A stretch of DNA of 64,000 nt from Octopus sinensis (lineage: Eukaryota). Below the pieces are notes generated by a model. It saw nothing but the letters and a program-made list of their open reading frames with translations, made no database searches and had not been told where the DNA came from. The stretch spans positions 75,454,001 to 75,518,000 of the forward strand of contig NC_043005.1 in assembly GCF_006345805.1 (NCBI RefSeq), in the 5' to 3' direction. Positions 25,374 through 38,300 of this stretch are shown here, piece by piece; position 1 is the stretch's first letter; each line of letters starts with the position of its first letter. The position numbers were made by a program, and so were the translations under genes.

Positions 25374-26112
25374 ATGTTCGTCCTTCGGGTTCGAAGATGA
25401 CCATTGACATCATTTGGTGGAATTGTTGCTATGAGACCGGAGGTGGCTGGTGAGGCCAATCCGGGCAAGAAAGCCCCTCCCACAGGTGGGGCAGAAGTGG
25501 GTAGGGGCTGTGCTATTGGTGCAGGTGGCTCTGGCTTTCCGCATCTGGTGTTTCTGTTCTGCTGACTGAATCCGTCTCTCCTCGGCTGTCTTTGCTCCTG
25601 TGGTGATTGCGCTGCGCCAGGATGAGCGGTCGGCAGCAAGTGTCTCCCAAGTCTCTGTGCCGATGGAGAAGTCTTTGAGAGAGACTTTGAGACTGTCCTT
25701 GAAGCGCTTCTTCTGCCCTCCAACTTTGCATTTGCCCTTGCTGAGTTCACCGTAGAAGAGCTGTTTTGGGATGCGAGTGTTGGACATGCGGGAGACGTGG
25801 CCTGCCCATCTCAGCTGGGCCTTGCGCATGATTGTGATGGTGCTAGGGAGATCTGCCTGCTTCAGAACTTCCGTATCTGGGACTTTGTCCTGCCAGCGGA
25901 TGTGAAGAGGTTCTGAAGACACCTGAGATGGAAGTGGTTTATCTGGCGCTCGTGCCTTTGGTAAGCAGTCCACGTCTCGCAGCCGTATAGTAGGGTGGTA
26001 AGCACGACTGCCCGGTAGACTTTCAGCTTGGTGTTGAGGCTGATTCCTCTCCGCTCCCAGCCTTTCTTTCGCAGTCTCCCAAACGCGCTGCTTGCCTTGG
26101 AGATTCTGGGAA
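25372..26112 (-). mobile_element. RTE LINE 3' segment (post-RT region and C-terminal C2H2 finger)
   Basis: RISKASSAFGRL, LLYGCETW, QLRWAGHVSRM..RIPKQLFYGEL, FCPTCGRGFLARIGLTSHLRSH; 3' end runs into (TA)n. Confidence 0.95.
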
Positions 26113-26651
26113 GCTCATCCTCCTTGGGAACTTTAACGCCCGTGTCGGGACTGACCACCAAGCCTGGCATCGCGTACTGGGAAAGCAAGGAATCGGAAAG
26201 TGCAACAACAACGGGCAGCTCCTCCTGCGAGCATGTGCCTCTCATGATCTTACCATCGCCAACACCTTGTTCCGTCTGCCAACACGCAACAAGACATCAT
26301 GGATGCATCCACGCTCCAAACACTGGCATCTGATAGATTACGTCATCGTCAGGGCAAAAGACAGGCGGGATGTGAGACTGGTCAAAGCCATGTGTGGAGC
26401 TGATTGCTGGACGGACCATCGCCTCATCATCTCCAGGATGGATTTCTACATCCAACCTAAGAGAAGACCACAGGGTCAGAAAGTGACGAGGAAGCTTAAC
26501 ATCATGAAATTAAAGAACCAGCTGACTGCACAAGATCTCCAGTCACGTATGGACAGCAAGCTGTTGGACATTCGGAATGACCAGTCCAGCATCGATGAGC
26601 AGTGGGAATCATTCAGGGACACGGTTCATTCCATCGCCCTTGAAACTCTAG

Positions 26652-26652
<1 letters not shown>
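26110..26652 (+). mobile_element. RTE LINE APE endonuclease segment, inverted relative to the 3' segment
   Basis: KLILLGNFNARVG, NGQLLL, IANTLF, TSWMHPRSKHWHLIDYVIV, CWTDHRLI. Confidence 0.95.
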
Positions 26653-26696
<44 letters not shown>

Positions 26697-26808
26697 CTAT
26701 CAGTCTGTCCGTCTGTCTATGAATTTATCCATGTAGATATGTATAGAAAGGTATGGATAAGTATATATGTATGTATGTGTATGCATATACACACACACAC
26801 ACCATATA

Positions 26809-26852
<44 letters not shown>

Positions 26853-27549
26853 ATAATATATATATATATACGTGTAAATACATACATACATACTTACATA
26901 CATACATGTGGAAATATATATTTACGTTGGTGTATGTCTTTCCAGCCAGCCAGTCATCTATTCGTCCATCCACCCATCCATCCACCTATCCAATAACCCA
27001 CCCACCCACCTATCCATCCATCCATCCATCCATCCATTCATCCCAAACATGAGACACATCACACGCTGTATATATAGAAATTGACTCTCGCATTCATATC
27101 ATCAGCTCCGAGGTAAAAACGAAAGGGGTAGGATTGGGTAGGTTTAGATATAGATAGCAGAATGTTGAAACTTGTACAACAGAAACAAAACACTTTGAGT
27201 AAGATGAATATACCTCAGCAGTCAGTAGTGCTGAATGAATGAATGAATGAATACTACAATGGTGCAGCAATTGATTGAAGAAGACAAACCATGTTAAGGT
27301 GCTTTTAACAAAGAATGCATGTTCACACACTTGCACACGCGCACACACACACATATAGGCACACATAGTCATAATACACATATATCATTATGCATATATT
27401 CCTGTACAGGAATGCATATATATACATACACATATGTACACACACACACACATATATACACACATACATATACATGTATATATATACACACGTATATATA
27501 CTTATGTATATTTATACATGTGTATAGATGTCACACACATACTTACATA

Positions 27550-27582
<33 letters not shown>

Positions 27583-28489
27583 GAATTTCTATATGAAAAT
27601 ATATCTTTGTATGTATGTGTGTGTGTGTATGTATGTGTGTGCATATGCACATGAATAACTATACATAATATAAGTATGTACTGATATATTTATATATATA
27701 TACATATATGCTTATAAATATGTATATATATATATGAATGTGTGTGTGTGTGTGTATACACACACATATATATATTTATATATATATGTATATCTGTCTT
27801 CTATCTATCTATCTATTTACCTATGTGTATGTGTGTGTATATATATATACATATATATATTTACATATATACAGATATACATAAATATGTGAAAATCAAG
27901 CACATACACACATACACACTTAAGCATGTTCACACACATACACAAACACCCACGCATTCATACACACACATATATATAGCATTTGTAGGAACACAAGAGT
28001 TTTAATTTTACTAAAAGATATCCAGTATTACCCTTTCTCTATAGATTCTCATCCTCATGAAACAGCTCTGTATCATTTCTGCTTTTATATTTTCCTTTGA
28101 TGCTCACCTACAACATCACACCTTTTTTCTAAAACTTACGTGTAGGCTTTTAGGCACTTTTCTTTAACAGCGCTTGTCTGACTTCAAAAATGTTTTTGAC
28201 TTTTGAGGTTTTCATGTCAAATTGTGTAAAGGGTCAGATTTCCATTTTCTGTATGTTTGTGTGTGTGTGTATTATGACATTATTCAATTTTATTTCAAGA
28301 TTTCTTGCCAATAGAGAAAGAATCAGTTTCTAACCTAAATCCAAGGCTTCTTCATTGAAATTTCAACATCAGCAGGGTACTTTTGTATGTATGTGTGTAT
28401 GTATGTATGTATGTATGTATGTATGTATGTATGTATGTATGTATGTATGTATGTATGTATGTATGTATGTTTGTATGTATGATGCTGAC

Positions 28490-28862
28490 ATGCAGTGTCT
28501 GTGCAAGACCCTGTCTTAGTAAAGCTGGACTCAAGAGTCATCTTTGTAGTCATAAAGCGAGACAGATGAGTGACAACCTGGCCACTGGTGGTGGTGTTAC
28601 ACACCATACTAATCATATTTGTCAGGCATGTGGAAGAGAGTGTAATTCGGCAGGAGGACATAAACGACATGCAAAGGTACATGAAACCCAGTTACAACTA
28701 CACCTGGCTATTACCGGTAAAGGTTTTAGCTGCCAATTCTGTACAAGACATTATAGATCTTTAGCTGGGCTAAAAACTCACATTCAATCACAGCGCCAAT
28801 AACAGTTAAGCTTTGTGCAATGGCCATACTCGATAACGAGGGGGCAGCCATCATCATCATCA
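28490..28862 (+). mobile_element. RTE-like LINE 3' end with three C2H2-type fingers and (CAT)n tail
   Basis: CSVC..GLKSHLCSH, CQAC..GHKRHAKVH, CQFC..GLKTHIQS; then gccatcatcatcat. Confidence 0.75.
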
Positions 28863-28994
28863 TGTGTGATGTATGTATGTAAGTATGTATGTATGTATGT
28901 ATGTATGTATGTATGTATGTATGTATGTATGTATGTATGTATCAATCGATTAATCTAAAAAAAAACTGTTATAATATACCAGCCCTCTCCCTCC

Positions 28995-29790
28995 AAGATG
29001 TATGTGGAACTTTTTGTAACTGTGAATGGTCAAAGCTTAGAGACTGTGCCTAGAATTATATATTTAGGAAGTACCTTGAGTGCTGCTAGTCTTGATGATG
29101 AAATTTCATACAGAATCAGCAAGGATTGTAGTGCTTTGGTAGGCTTGATACGAGTCTGTGGAAACAACATAATATATCTTCACAAATTAAAGTTAAGGTA
29201 TATAACACGTGCATCCTCCCATCTTTGCTATATGGAAGTGAGGCATGGGTTGTTTACCATAGGCATGTAAGGCCACTGGAATGATACTGTCAATATTGTC
29301 TGAGAATCATTTTGGGAATAAACTGGAAAATAGCCATTAGTAATGTGTAGGTGCTTGAGAGGAGCAGCAGTAGAAGTGTTTGAGGTGGGTCAGGGCATTT
29401 GGTAAGGATGAGTGATGAGGGACTGCCCAAGCAGCTATTGTATGGTGAGCTAAAGGATGGCAGGAGACTAGTGCATGAGCCTAAACTAAGGTTTAAGAAT
29501 TGCCTTAAAAATTCTCTAATACAGACAGGAATTGCAGCTGGTGATTGAGAGTGGGCGGCACAAGACCGCAATGGATGAAGATTGTGCATAGTGATTGTTT
29601 AAAGTTTGAGAGGGCAAGAGTGAAGTATGAGAGAATTAGGAGGAGGCTTAGAAGGGGAAACCTGTGGAAAGTGAAAGAGTGTTGCTTTTTGTGTGTGTGG
29701 TTTGTGGGAAGAGGTGTTTGAGTCATGCAGGCCTGGGGAGCCATCAAAACTCTCACTGGAATTGACCCATGATAAACAGTGATGTCATCA
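28995..29790 (+). mobile_element. Degenerate RTE LINE 3' portion
   Basis: VTVNGQSLETVPRIIYLGSTLS..DDEISYRISK, PKQLLYGELK remnants; (CAT)n tail. Confidence 0.8.
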
Positions 29791-29999
29791 TCATCATCAT
29801 CATCATCGTTTAACGTCTGTTTTCCGCGCTAGCACGGGTTGGACGGTTTCGACCGGGGTCTGGGGAGCAAGGGACTGCCCCAGGCTCCAGTCTAGTCTGG
29901 CAGAGTTTCTACAGCTGGATGCCCTTCCTAACGCCAACCACTCCGCGAGTGTAGTGGGTGTTTTTTACGTGCCACCTGCACAGGTGCCAGAGGGGTCTG

Positions 30000-30250
30000 A
30001 ACGGGACATATGTAAAATGTGGAAGGGTGTGCCTCACAGCTGGAGGTCTGAAAAGACATGTTAAGAGAGTGCATATGGTGGCACCTGTTTCTCCTGCCAT
30101 CCAGCACAGTTGTGCAGTATGTAATAAAATGTGTAAAAGTATAGCTGGGCTTAAAAGTCATATAGAGGCATCACATGGCATCAATAATGAATAATTTCAG
30201 TAAGTCTTTTTGGCAATGGCTTTTCTCGTGTAATGAGGGTGCACCTATAT
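30000..30250 (+). mobile_element. RTE-like 3' end with two C2H2-type fingers
   Basis: KCGRVCLTAGGLKRHVKRVH and CAVCNKMCKSIAGLKSHIEASH. Confidence 0.65.
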
Positions 30251-30883
30251 TGTATGTATGTATGTATTTATGTATGTATGCAGATTTGTATTTGTTTTAT
30301 GTATGTATTCTCATGCATATAGTTGCATGTTTAGACATTCTTATATATACATAAATATAAACTTCTGGAAAAGTTTTACAAATTTTTACAGTTCCAGTGA
30401 TGGCTTGGAACTGTAGTCTTTGAATCAGCTTTCTCCTTTCTGGTTTTGAGAAGCCTAATTTCTCAAGATTGGTGGTGTGCTACATATCCCAGTGCCCCAG
30501 TAATTACAGGTATAAACATGCACTTCCTAACACCAACCACTCTGAGAGTGTAATGGGTGATTTTACATGTCACCGTCATGGGTACCAATTTGCCTCCTTG
30601 AGGCCCCACACTCGAAAGGAATTCAGCCACTTACCCTCCATGAGGCCCAATGCTTGAAAGGAGGGTTTGTGTATGTCCTTGTACTTTGCAGTTTGGAAAA
30701 AAAAAAAAGAAAAAGCAAAGGATAAATTCCAGGCTTTAATAAATAAGAGTTACAATTGATTTGTTCAACTAAAACCCGTCCATCATTGGACTGTAACCAT
30801 GCAGTGGCTCCACCTTGATGGCAGTACCCCTGCATGGTTGTAGTCCAATGACTGAACAAGTAAAAGATAAAAGATATATATAT

Positions 30884-30918
<35 letters not shown>

Positions 30919-31138
30919 CACACACACGCACATATATGTATATATTTAGCCATCTGTCTGTCTGTATATGTTTATATATATACATAGCTGGCTGTGTGTC
31001 TATATGTGTGTTTATATATATATATATATATATATATTCAACCATCTATCTGTCTGTCTGTATATATATATATATATATAATATAATATATATATTTATA
31101 CTCCAGCCATCTATTGTCAGTATGTATTATGTATGCAA

Positions 31139-31200
<62 letters not shown>

Positions 31201-31957
31201 CAAGAAAGGCATCCTTAGACAGAACATAGGTGTCTGCCGATCAAAAATATACCTAATACGTTTGAGAACAGATTTTGTTATATATTTCAAAGTTGCTTAC
31301 AGCTTGCAAGAGCTTTCATCTTGAGAGCAGCAAAGCTGCTTCTAGATTCATCAAAGTTTTGGAAGTGATTGAGAAATGTTTATTTGATAAGTTACCAAAT
31401 CGTTTTCGTGGCACTACTTATAAACAGTTCGACATCATTGTATTACTGCAAAACTTCATTTTTATTTGATGATCAATTACCTGAAACTGTTTGTGAAAAT
31501 TTTGCAGCTTCAGTAAAATGCTATATTTTTAATGTGCTTTTCATATTCAAGTACTATATCTTCCACCTTGTTTTCCATCTATGTGTTATTAGTATTTGTA
31601 AATTTTATATAACATGCATGCAGTTCTGCAAGCCAGTTGCTGCTATTGTGCATGCTTGTTTCCTCAGTATTATTAGCAACAGGCCAAATGACTTGCACCA
31701 TAATAACAATCAACTCCCAGAAATTCATGTATCTAAAATGAAGCTTGAAAATTCCAATCAGGTTAGCTGCATTCTAATTAATATGTAATGTGGCTTGAAA
31801 TCCACATGGTAGCCTATCCAGAGATATGATGGCTGTTGTCAAACCATATGGTGTATAAGTGTGGAGCGTGAAACTGTTTACTGGGCTCAAATCTTTTGGT
31901 AATATGTTATGCCCTCTAGTGTATATATATATATATTACATTACACACACACACACA

Positions 31958-32024
<67 letters not shown>

Positions 32025-32349
32025 GGTAAGAAAAAAGGAGGAGAATTTCAATTATTCACATGTGGTGAGTGGTAATGCAAAGAAGATATATATATAAAAA
32101 AAAGAGAAGTAAAATGCACACAGTTTACATAGTTTTAATATATTTTTTAATATATTTTATAAGTGAAAGAGTATTGTGTTTGTTGACTGGTTTTGCTTTT
32201 GTTAGCCATGACATTGAAACTATTGTAATTTCATATTTTCATAACAAGATTTTAGTCCATGTCGTGTATGTGAGTTTCTGAATGAAATCTTTTTTCCTTC
32301 TTCTTTTCTTTATATATATATATATTATATATATATATATATTATATAT

Positions 32350-32560
32350 ATATATAGAAGGAGCTCTACAGGACTAGAACTGTTTCATTCAAGAGAAATC
32401 ATCAGGAAGCTACCTGGACGCTTCCTGATGATTTCTCTTGAATGAAACAGTTCTAGTCCTGTAGAAGCTCCTTCTATATAATAAATTAATTTTACTCTGC
32501 TATGTATTGAGTACCTTATTTACTGTGGTTAACCCCGAATCAACCCGGGACCTACATATA
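32350..32560. mobile_element. Penelope-type inverted pLTR pair with divergent hammerheads (family C)
   Basis: ~60 bp inverted repeat (32350-32410 vs 32420-32480) around a 9-nt spacer; plus copy HHR at 32420-32468. Confidence 0.8.
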
Positions 32561-32703
32561 TATATATATATATATATATACATACATACATATATACACA
32601 CACACACACACACATATATATAGATATACTGGAGTAAACACATAGATGTGAAACAAGGTGGAAAAGAGAGTACTCAAATACTAGAGGTAGAGTAATATGC
32701 TTC

Positions 32704-32850
32704 ATTTAAAATCAGCAGAAATATAACAAAAGCTGTTACTCAGAGTTTCACGTTCCCATGCATCGGACAGTTTTTAACAAAAACTGTCCGACGAACAGGA
32801 ACATGAAACTCTGAGTAACAGCTTTTGTTATATTTCTGGTGCTTTTAAAT
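32704..32850. ncRNA. Divergent pair of minimal hammerhead-like motifs (family D, CCGAYGA core)
   Basis: ctgt CCGACGA aca-ggaa-cat GAAA ctc-t-gag TA acag at 32784-32821; mirror copy gives atg-ggaa-cgt for stem II. Confidence 0.55.
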
Positions 32851-33639
32851 AAAGTATATATATATATTTAGTTTGGATAACCACATATCTCCTTTGCGGC
32901 AGTAGATCTGTTTCTGTCTCTTCATTCCCTGATTTCTCTCTCTCTACAGCAAGACACCTGTTTCTGTCTCACTATAACCTTTTCATCATCCAATACAAGA
33001 TCACCTCCTCCAATACCTCCTCTCCTCTTGAAAGTTTTTTTTGTCTTGCAATGTACTTGGTGACCCCATCAGTGCAGATGCCACTTAAGCATCCAGTCCA
33101 CACTGTAAAGTGGTTGGCATTTGGAAGAGCATCCAACTGTAAAAACCTAAAACTGACCTCACTTGTGTTTGTGCCACGTAAAAAGCACTAAGTCCACTCT
33201 ACTGATAGGTCGGTGTTAGGAAGGGCATCCAACTATAAAAATCCTGCCAAAACAGTCACAGTAGCCTGGTGCAGGCTTCTGCCTGGCCGGCTCCTGCCAA
33301 ATTGTCCCACCCATGCCAGCGTGGAAGGCAGACAATGCTGCTGCTGCTGCTGATGATGATGATGATATATATATATCATCATCATCATCATCATCATATA
33401 TATATATGAATGACAGGACTTCAACATTTCAGATTCTTTTGATGGCCCGTAAACTGAATCTTCAATGTCATTGTCTACATAAAGTAAAGTGTTGATAAAA
33501 GTCTCAAGTTTGTAGGTTAGTAATGTACTAACCTAATCTGAAGTAAAATGATGACTTCCATCACTAAAACATTTAAAATTTGCTGTTTCTCTCAACTGTT
33601 TTCTATTATGAATTGAATATATTATTTACTCCATCACAT

Positions 33640-34130
33640 ATTATTTTAAATTCATTTAGTTCATTTAATTTCTTTATACTTTCATTCCCTTGAATAGAAC
33701 AATCATGTAGAAAGAAAGCTTTTCAAGTTCTCTTTATATATTACCAGAAAATGATTTGAAATTTTTGTAATTATTCTTGATACATTTTGATTTTCAAGAC
33801 TCCCATCTCTAAATTGTTATAGGTTGGGATTACTTTGGTCTCCATTGCTGTTCTGGACTTTTGTTCACAATATTAATATCAAGCATAAATTAGTTACTTT
33901 GAAGAATAAATCTTAATTCTTCAATTATTAATTATCCTTATATATAATGTACAAAGAGTATTGATTTGATTAGTATAGGTGCAGTCTGAATAATTTTGTC
34001 AGTTCTTTTTAATTTCTTAACATTCTAATAAACCCTTATCCTTTCGTTCTTTTTAAATTGTCCAGATTTTCTGCATTCCTTTGCTTATTTAAGTATTTCT
34101 CGTATCATTAGTATAACTTTCACCATATAA
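33640..34130 (-). pseudogene. Degenerate Penelope-like reverse transcriptase remnant
   Basis: Minus frame at ~33780-33870 reads QKSRTAMETKVIPTYNNLEMGVL, resembling the PLE GTAMGTKxAPTYANLxMG motif, followed by a degraded KENWKRFLDDCF-like motif. Confidence 0.6.
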
Positions 34131-34165
34131 GAACAACAAATAATTCATATGAATTCATATACACC

Positions 34166-34207
<42 letters not shown>

Positions 34208-35715
34208 ATATGAGTGGGAGCAAGAGAGTTAGTAAGAGACTGGGGTAAATATATCAAACTTTAGTTGACGATTTTGGAGAACCTGATTGATACATATATT
34301 CTTGGCCTGAGAGAGACTGATGACAGAGCTTGCAACTGTGCTGTTTGGTGACCTATTATCACTTGATGCATAGAAAGTAGGTGGATCTAAGAATAACGTG
34401 TGTGTGTATGTGTGTGTGTATGTATATATGTGTGTATATATATATATAGATATTTATAAGTATATGTATATGTGTGTGTGAGTGTGTGTGTAGTCTGATT
34501 CATGCAAGGTCGGAAAAGTGGACATAAATAATGACAGTGACGCATACATACATGCACACATACACTTTTGTATACATGTATATATATGTGTGTATATATG
34601 TATAAATATATATATGTGTGTATGTGTTTATATATGTATGTATACACACAAACACTTATAATTATTGACACACATATATATAATACATAGAATATATATA
34701 TTCAATATTAGCATTTTATACACTCATGCAATAAAATATATCTCTTAAAATTAGATCACTTAGAAGAGACAAACACACACAAATACATAATATGATAACA
34801 CACACTTGTACACACTAATGACAGTGAAACTATATACCGTTCTGCTTCTATTTTCAATATATTTTTCATATTATGGAGATGACTCACGGTACATTGCAAT
34901 TAATGCCATTACACACAGTAAATATATTGAACATCAAAGGTTGTAAAAATAGTACCTGACTAACATCAAAATAGCAACCATTTATTGAATTCCATGCATT
35001 TAATTAGCTATTATATAATGAATTGGAAATTATCTACTTATTTATATTTAGTAATTAATATTTATAATTTTAGTCTGAGCAAGCACTGTCTGCCTTGTCT
35101 ACCCAAATATACATACATACATACAAACATACATACATACATACATACATACAAACACACATACATACATGCATACATACACACACATACAAACATACAT
35201 ACATACATACATACATACATACATACATACATACATAAACACACACATACATACAGATATCCTGATATATAGCATCACCATCATCATCGTCATCAATTAA
35301 TGTACATCATTCGAAGCTTGCATAGATCAAACAGAATTTGTTGAGAGGAATTTTTTTACAGCTGAATGCCCTTCCTGTTGCCAACCCTCACCTGCTTCCT
35401 AGTAAGGAAATATTCCCCATGACCAGACATGATTTTGATGAAAGAGTAGAATAGTATGACCTCACTGGTATGATGATGATGGTCATTTACAACTATAATG
35501 TAATGTCTAGACAAAGACACACACACATCCCCCCCCCTCACATTTTATCTGTTTTATCTTTTATGCACCTTCCACAGGTTCCCTTCACAATTACAGATCA
35601 GCACTTCCTTATACATCTTTTTCTCTTATGTTTTCTTGTTTCAGTCATCAGACTGCAGCCATGCTGGGGCACTGCCTTGAAGAATTTTAGTCAAACAAAT
35701 TGACCCTAGTACTTA

Positions 35716-36998
35716 CGAGGGGCGTTCAATAAGTAATGCCTCTGACCCACTTCCCATACCAGTAGAGCAATGGAACTTGGCACAGTTATTGGTCTTTTTC
35801 TACATAGGAACCACTCAGAGTTAGGCATTTCTCCCATCATTTGATCCAGCTCTGGAGACCGTTTTTGTAAAAGACCCCAGCTTGGTCCTCCATCCACGAT
35901 GTGACTTTAGAAATCAAGGCTGTATCATCTGGGAAATGCTTTCCTTTCAAAAACAACTTCATGGCTGGGAAGAGGTGAAAATCAGAGGGTGCAAGGTCAA
36001 GAGATGGGGGAGGAGTTCATAGCCGCATGCCTGTGCTTCTGATCTGGCGACACGCAAGTTGTGGACCGGAGCATTGTCCTGCAGGAGGAGAATACCTTCG
36101 CTGATCTTGCCCCGCCTCTTGATTTTGATAGCTTCCCTTAATTTCCTCAGAAGTGAAGCATAATAGGCTCCTGTAATTGTGGTACCTTTTGCCAGGAAAT
36201 CTGTCATCACTACTCGGTCCTGGTCCCAGAAGACTGTGAGCATGACCTTGCCAGCAGAGAGCTGCACCCTTGTCTTCTTTGGAGGAGGTGAGTCACGGTG
36301 CTTCCACTGCATTGACTGGGCTTTGGTCTCTGGATCATAGTGATGGACCCAGGTTTCATCCTGTGTAATCAGTCTTTTGAAAAAGTTCGACTCATCTTCT
36401 TGGTACGTCTCCAAATTCATCCTCGAGCATTCGACGCGTTCTTGCTTCTGGAAAAGTGTGAGCAGCCTGGGAATCCATCTGGCAGACAACTTTTGCATAT
36501 GCAAATGGTCATGAATGATAGTTTCCACTGACCCGGTACTAATCTTGACCTCATGGGCTATTTGGCGAATAGTTATGTGTCGATCTTCCAAAATGGCAGC
36601 CTCAACTTGACGGACAGATGCCTCGTCAATGGCAGAAGTGGGGCGACCAGATCTGGGAGCTGTTTCCACAGAGTTCCGACCATGTTTGAATTCACGATGC
36701 CAGCGTTTTACAAGGTCATATGATGGGGCATCATCACCATAAGTTACTTTCATTTCATCAAAAGTCTCCTGTGGTGTGCGTCCTTTCAAATACAAAAACC
36801 GGATCACTGCTCGACACTCAACAGGCTCCATTTCACACTTGACTCAATTCAAACACCTGTAGATCAGAAACCATAATTAGTTCAGAGCTGTAATTTGCCA
36901 CCTAATCTATAGAGATATAAGTAATTGCACATGCAAAATTTCAACTAGATCAAACACCTGGAAGTGGGTCAGAGGCATTACTTATTGAACGTCCCTCG
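35716..36998 (-). mobile_element. Full-length mariner element (1283 bp), TA TSD, inactive transposase
   Basis: ~40 bp TIRs cgaggggcgttcaataagtaatgcctctgacccacttcc and its reverse complement; TA on both sides. Confidence 0.97.
35784..36831 (-). pseudogene. Mariner D,D34D transposase, frameshifted near YSPDL with a downstream internal stop
   Basis: HTH N-terminus, RSGRP, WIPRLL, ITQDETWVHHYDPE, LLQDNAPVH; SxDLAPSDFHLF resumes in another frame; TGA in WIK*WEKC. Confidence 0.92.
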
Positions 36999-37231
36999 TA
37001 TTTTCTTGTTTTCAATCTGGTACTTATTCTATCAGTTGGTTTTTGCCAAATTCCCAAGTTCGTTGGGAAGATAGGTTGCAGGGGAGTTTTGACACAGGAC
37101 AGATTGTGTGTATGTGTATGTAAGAAGTGGGGCATGGCTTGCTATAATTTTACATAGCTTGACATGTTTTCTCAAGCACTGTAAATCACCAACAGTCTTG
37201 GTCTCTTGAAAGAAAAGTTGAACATAAGAAG

Positions 37232-37265
<34 letters not shown>

Positions 37266-37270
<5 letters not shown>

Positions 37271-37624
37271 TATGGAAATATTTTACTCTCGAATGCATAA
37301 TAATGCTGAACAGCATAAATAGGATAGAACAGCCTTATATTGCAGAAAAATTTGTTAGTAGCCAGCCATGAGACTTGAACTCACATCCCTAGCATCTATA
37401 AAAGCTATATTTATAAGTTCAAAAATTGCAAACGAATTTGTTAGTAGGCAGTTTGGCTTAAAGGTAAAGCACTATGACTGTTACTCACAGGGATGTGTGT
37501 TCAAGTCTCATGGCTGGCTGCTGACAAATTTTCCTGCGATATAAGGATGTTCTATCCTGTTTATGCTATTCAGCATTATTATTATGTGTTTGAAAGTAAA
37601 ATAGTAAAATATTTCCATATCTGT
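37266..37624. mobile_element. Foldback/MITE-like element with ~125 bp TIRs and an embedded tRNA-like sequence
   Basis: acagatatggaaatattttact...ttgaactcacatccct vs its reverse complement at 37489-37624; A/B-box-like motifs at 37447-37515. Confidence 0.75.
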
Positions 37625-37953
37625 TTATTTCAATACACCTCAACGCTTCTAAAATATATATAGGTAAATCACAAAAGAAAAACAACGAAAGTCAGTTTGA
37701 TGTACACAGTGAATAGATTAGATTGTCAGTCAGTGAAAGTTTTAGATGGAAAAACAAGAGAGGAAATGATGTTTTGAGCATGGCTCTTTGCTGAAAAGAG
37801 AAAGAAGTCCAGGGAAGAGGAAAAGGAGGAAGGAGCAGATAGTCCTGAGAAAAGCACCTGTCATTACATGGTATATATATATATATATATATATATGCTC
37901 ACACACACATACATATGTATATATCTATATATGTGTGTATGTATATGTATGTA

Positions 37954-37989
<36 letters not shown>

Positions 37990-37992
<3 letters not shown>

Positions 37993-38206
37993 TCTTTACT
38001 ACTCACAAGCGGCTAAACATAGAGGGGACAAACAAAGGGATTAAGTCGATTACATCGACCCAGTGCGAAACTGGTACTTTATTTATCGACCCCGAGAGGA
38101 TAAAAGGCAAAGTTGTCCTTGGCGGAATTTGAACTCAGAACGTAACGACAGACGAAATACCGCTAAGCATTTCGCCCGGCGCGCTAACGTTTCTGCCAGC
38201 TCGCCA
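37990..38206 (-). mobile_element. SINE (ggtgagctggcagaaacgttagc family)
   Basis: Head and ggggtcgat..aagtaccag core; matches copies at 39410-39870, 42180-42620 and 55190-56172. Confidence 0.85.
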
Positions 38207-38300
38207 CCTAAATATATATATAAATAAAATAGTAGTTTCCAGATTTCTCTCAAATCACACACCAACATCTTAAAAACAGCAAGAATACATTGGATAATAT

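Noticed and set aside
31250-31750. Possible hAT transposase C-terminal remnant
   Set aside because: Only vague similarity; no diagnostic motif intact.
37447-37515. Functional tRNA gene (also SINE heads at 9556, 12316 and 49052)
   Set aside because: Acceptor and anticodon stems are poorly paired, and the sequences sit within repeat elements.
37755-37800. Degenerate family E-like hammerhead on the minus strand
   Set aside because: Core boxes mutated (no CUGANGA or GAAA); at most a decayed relic.
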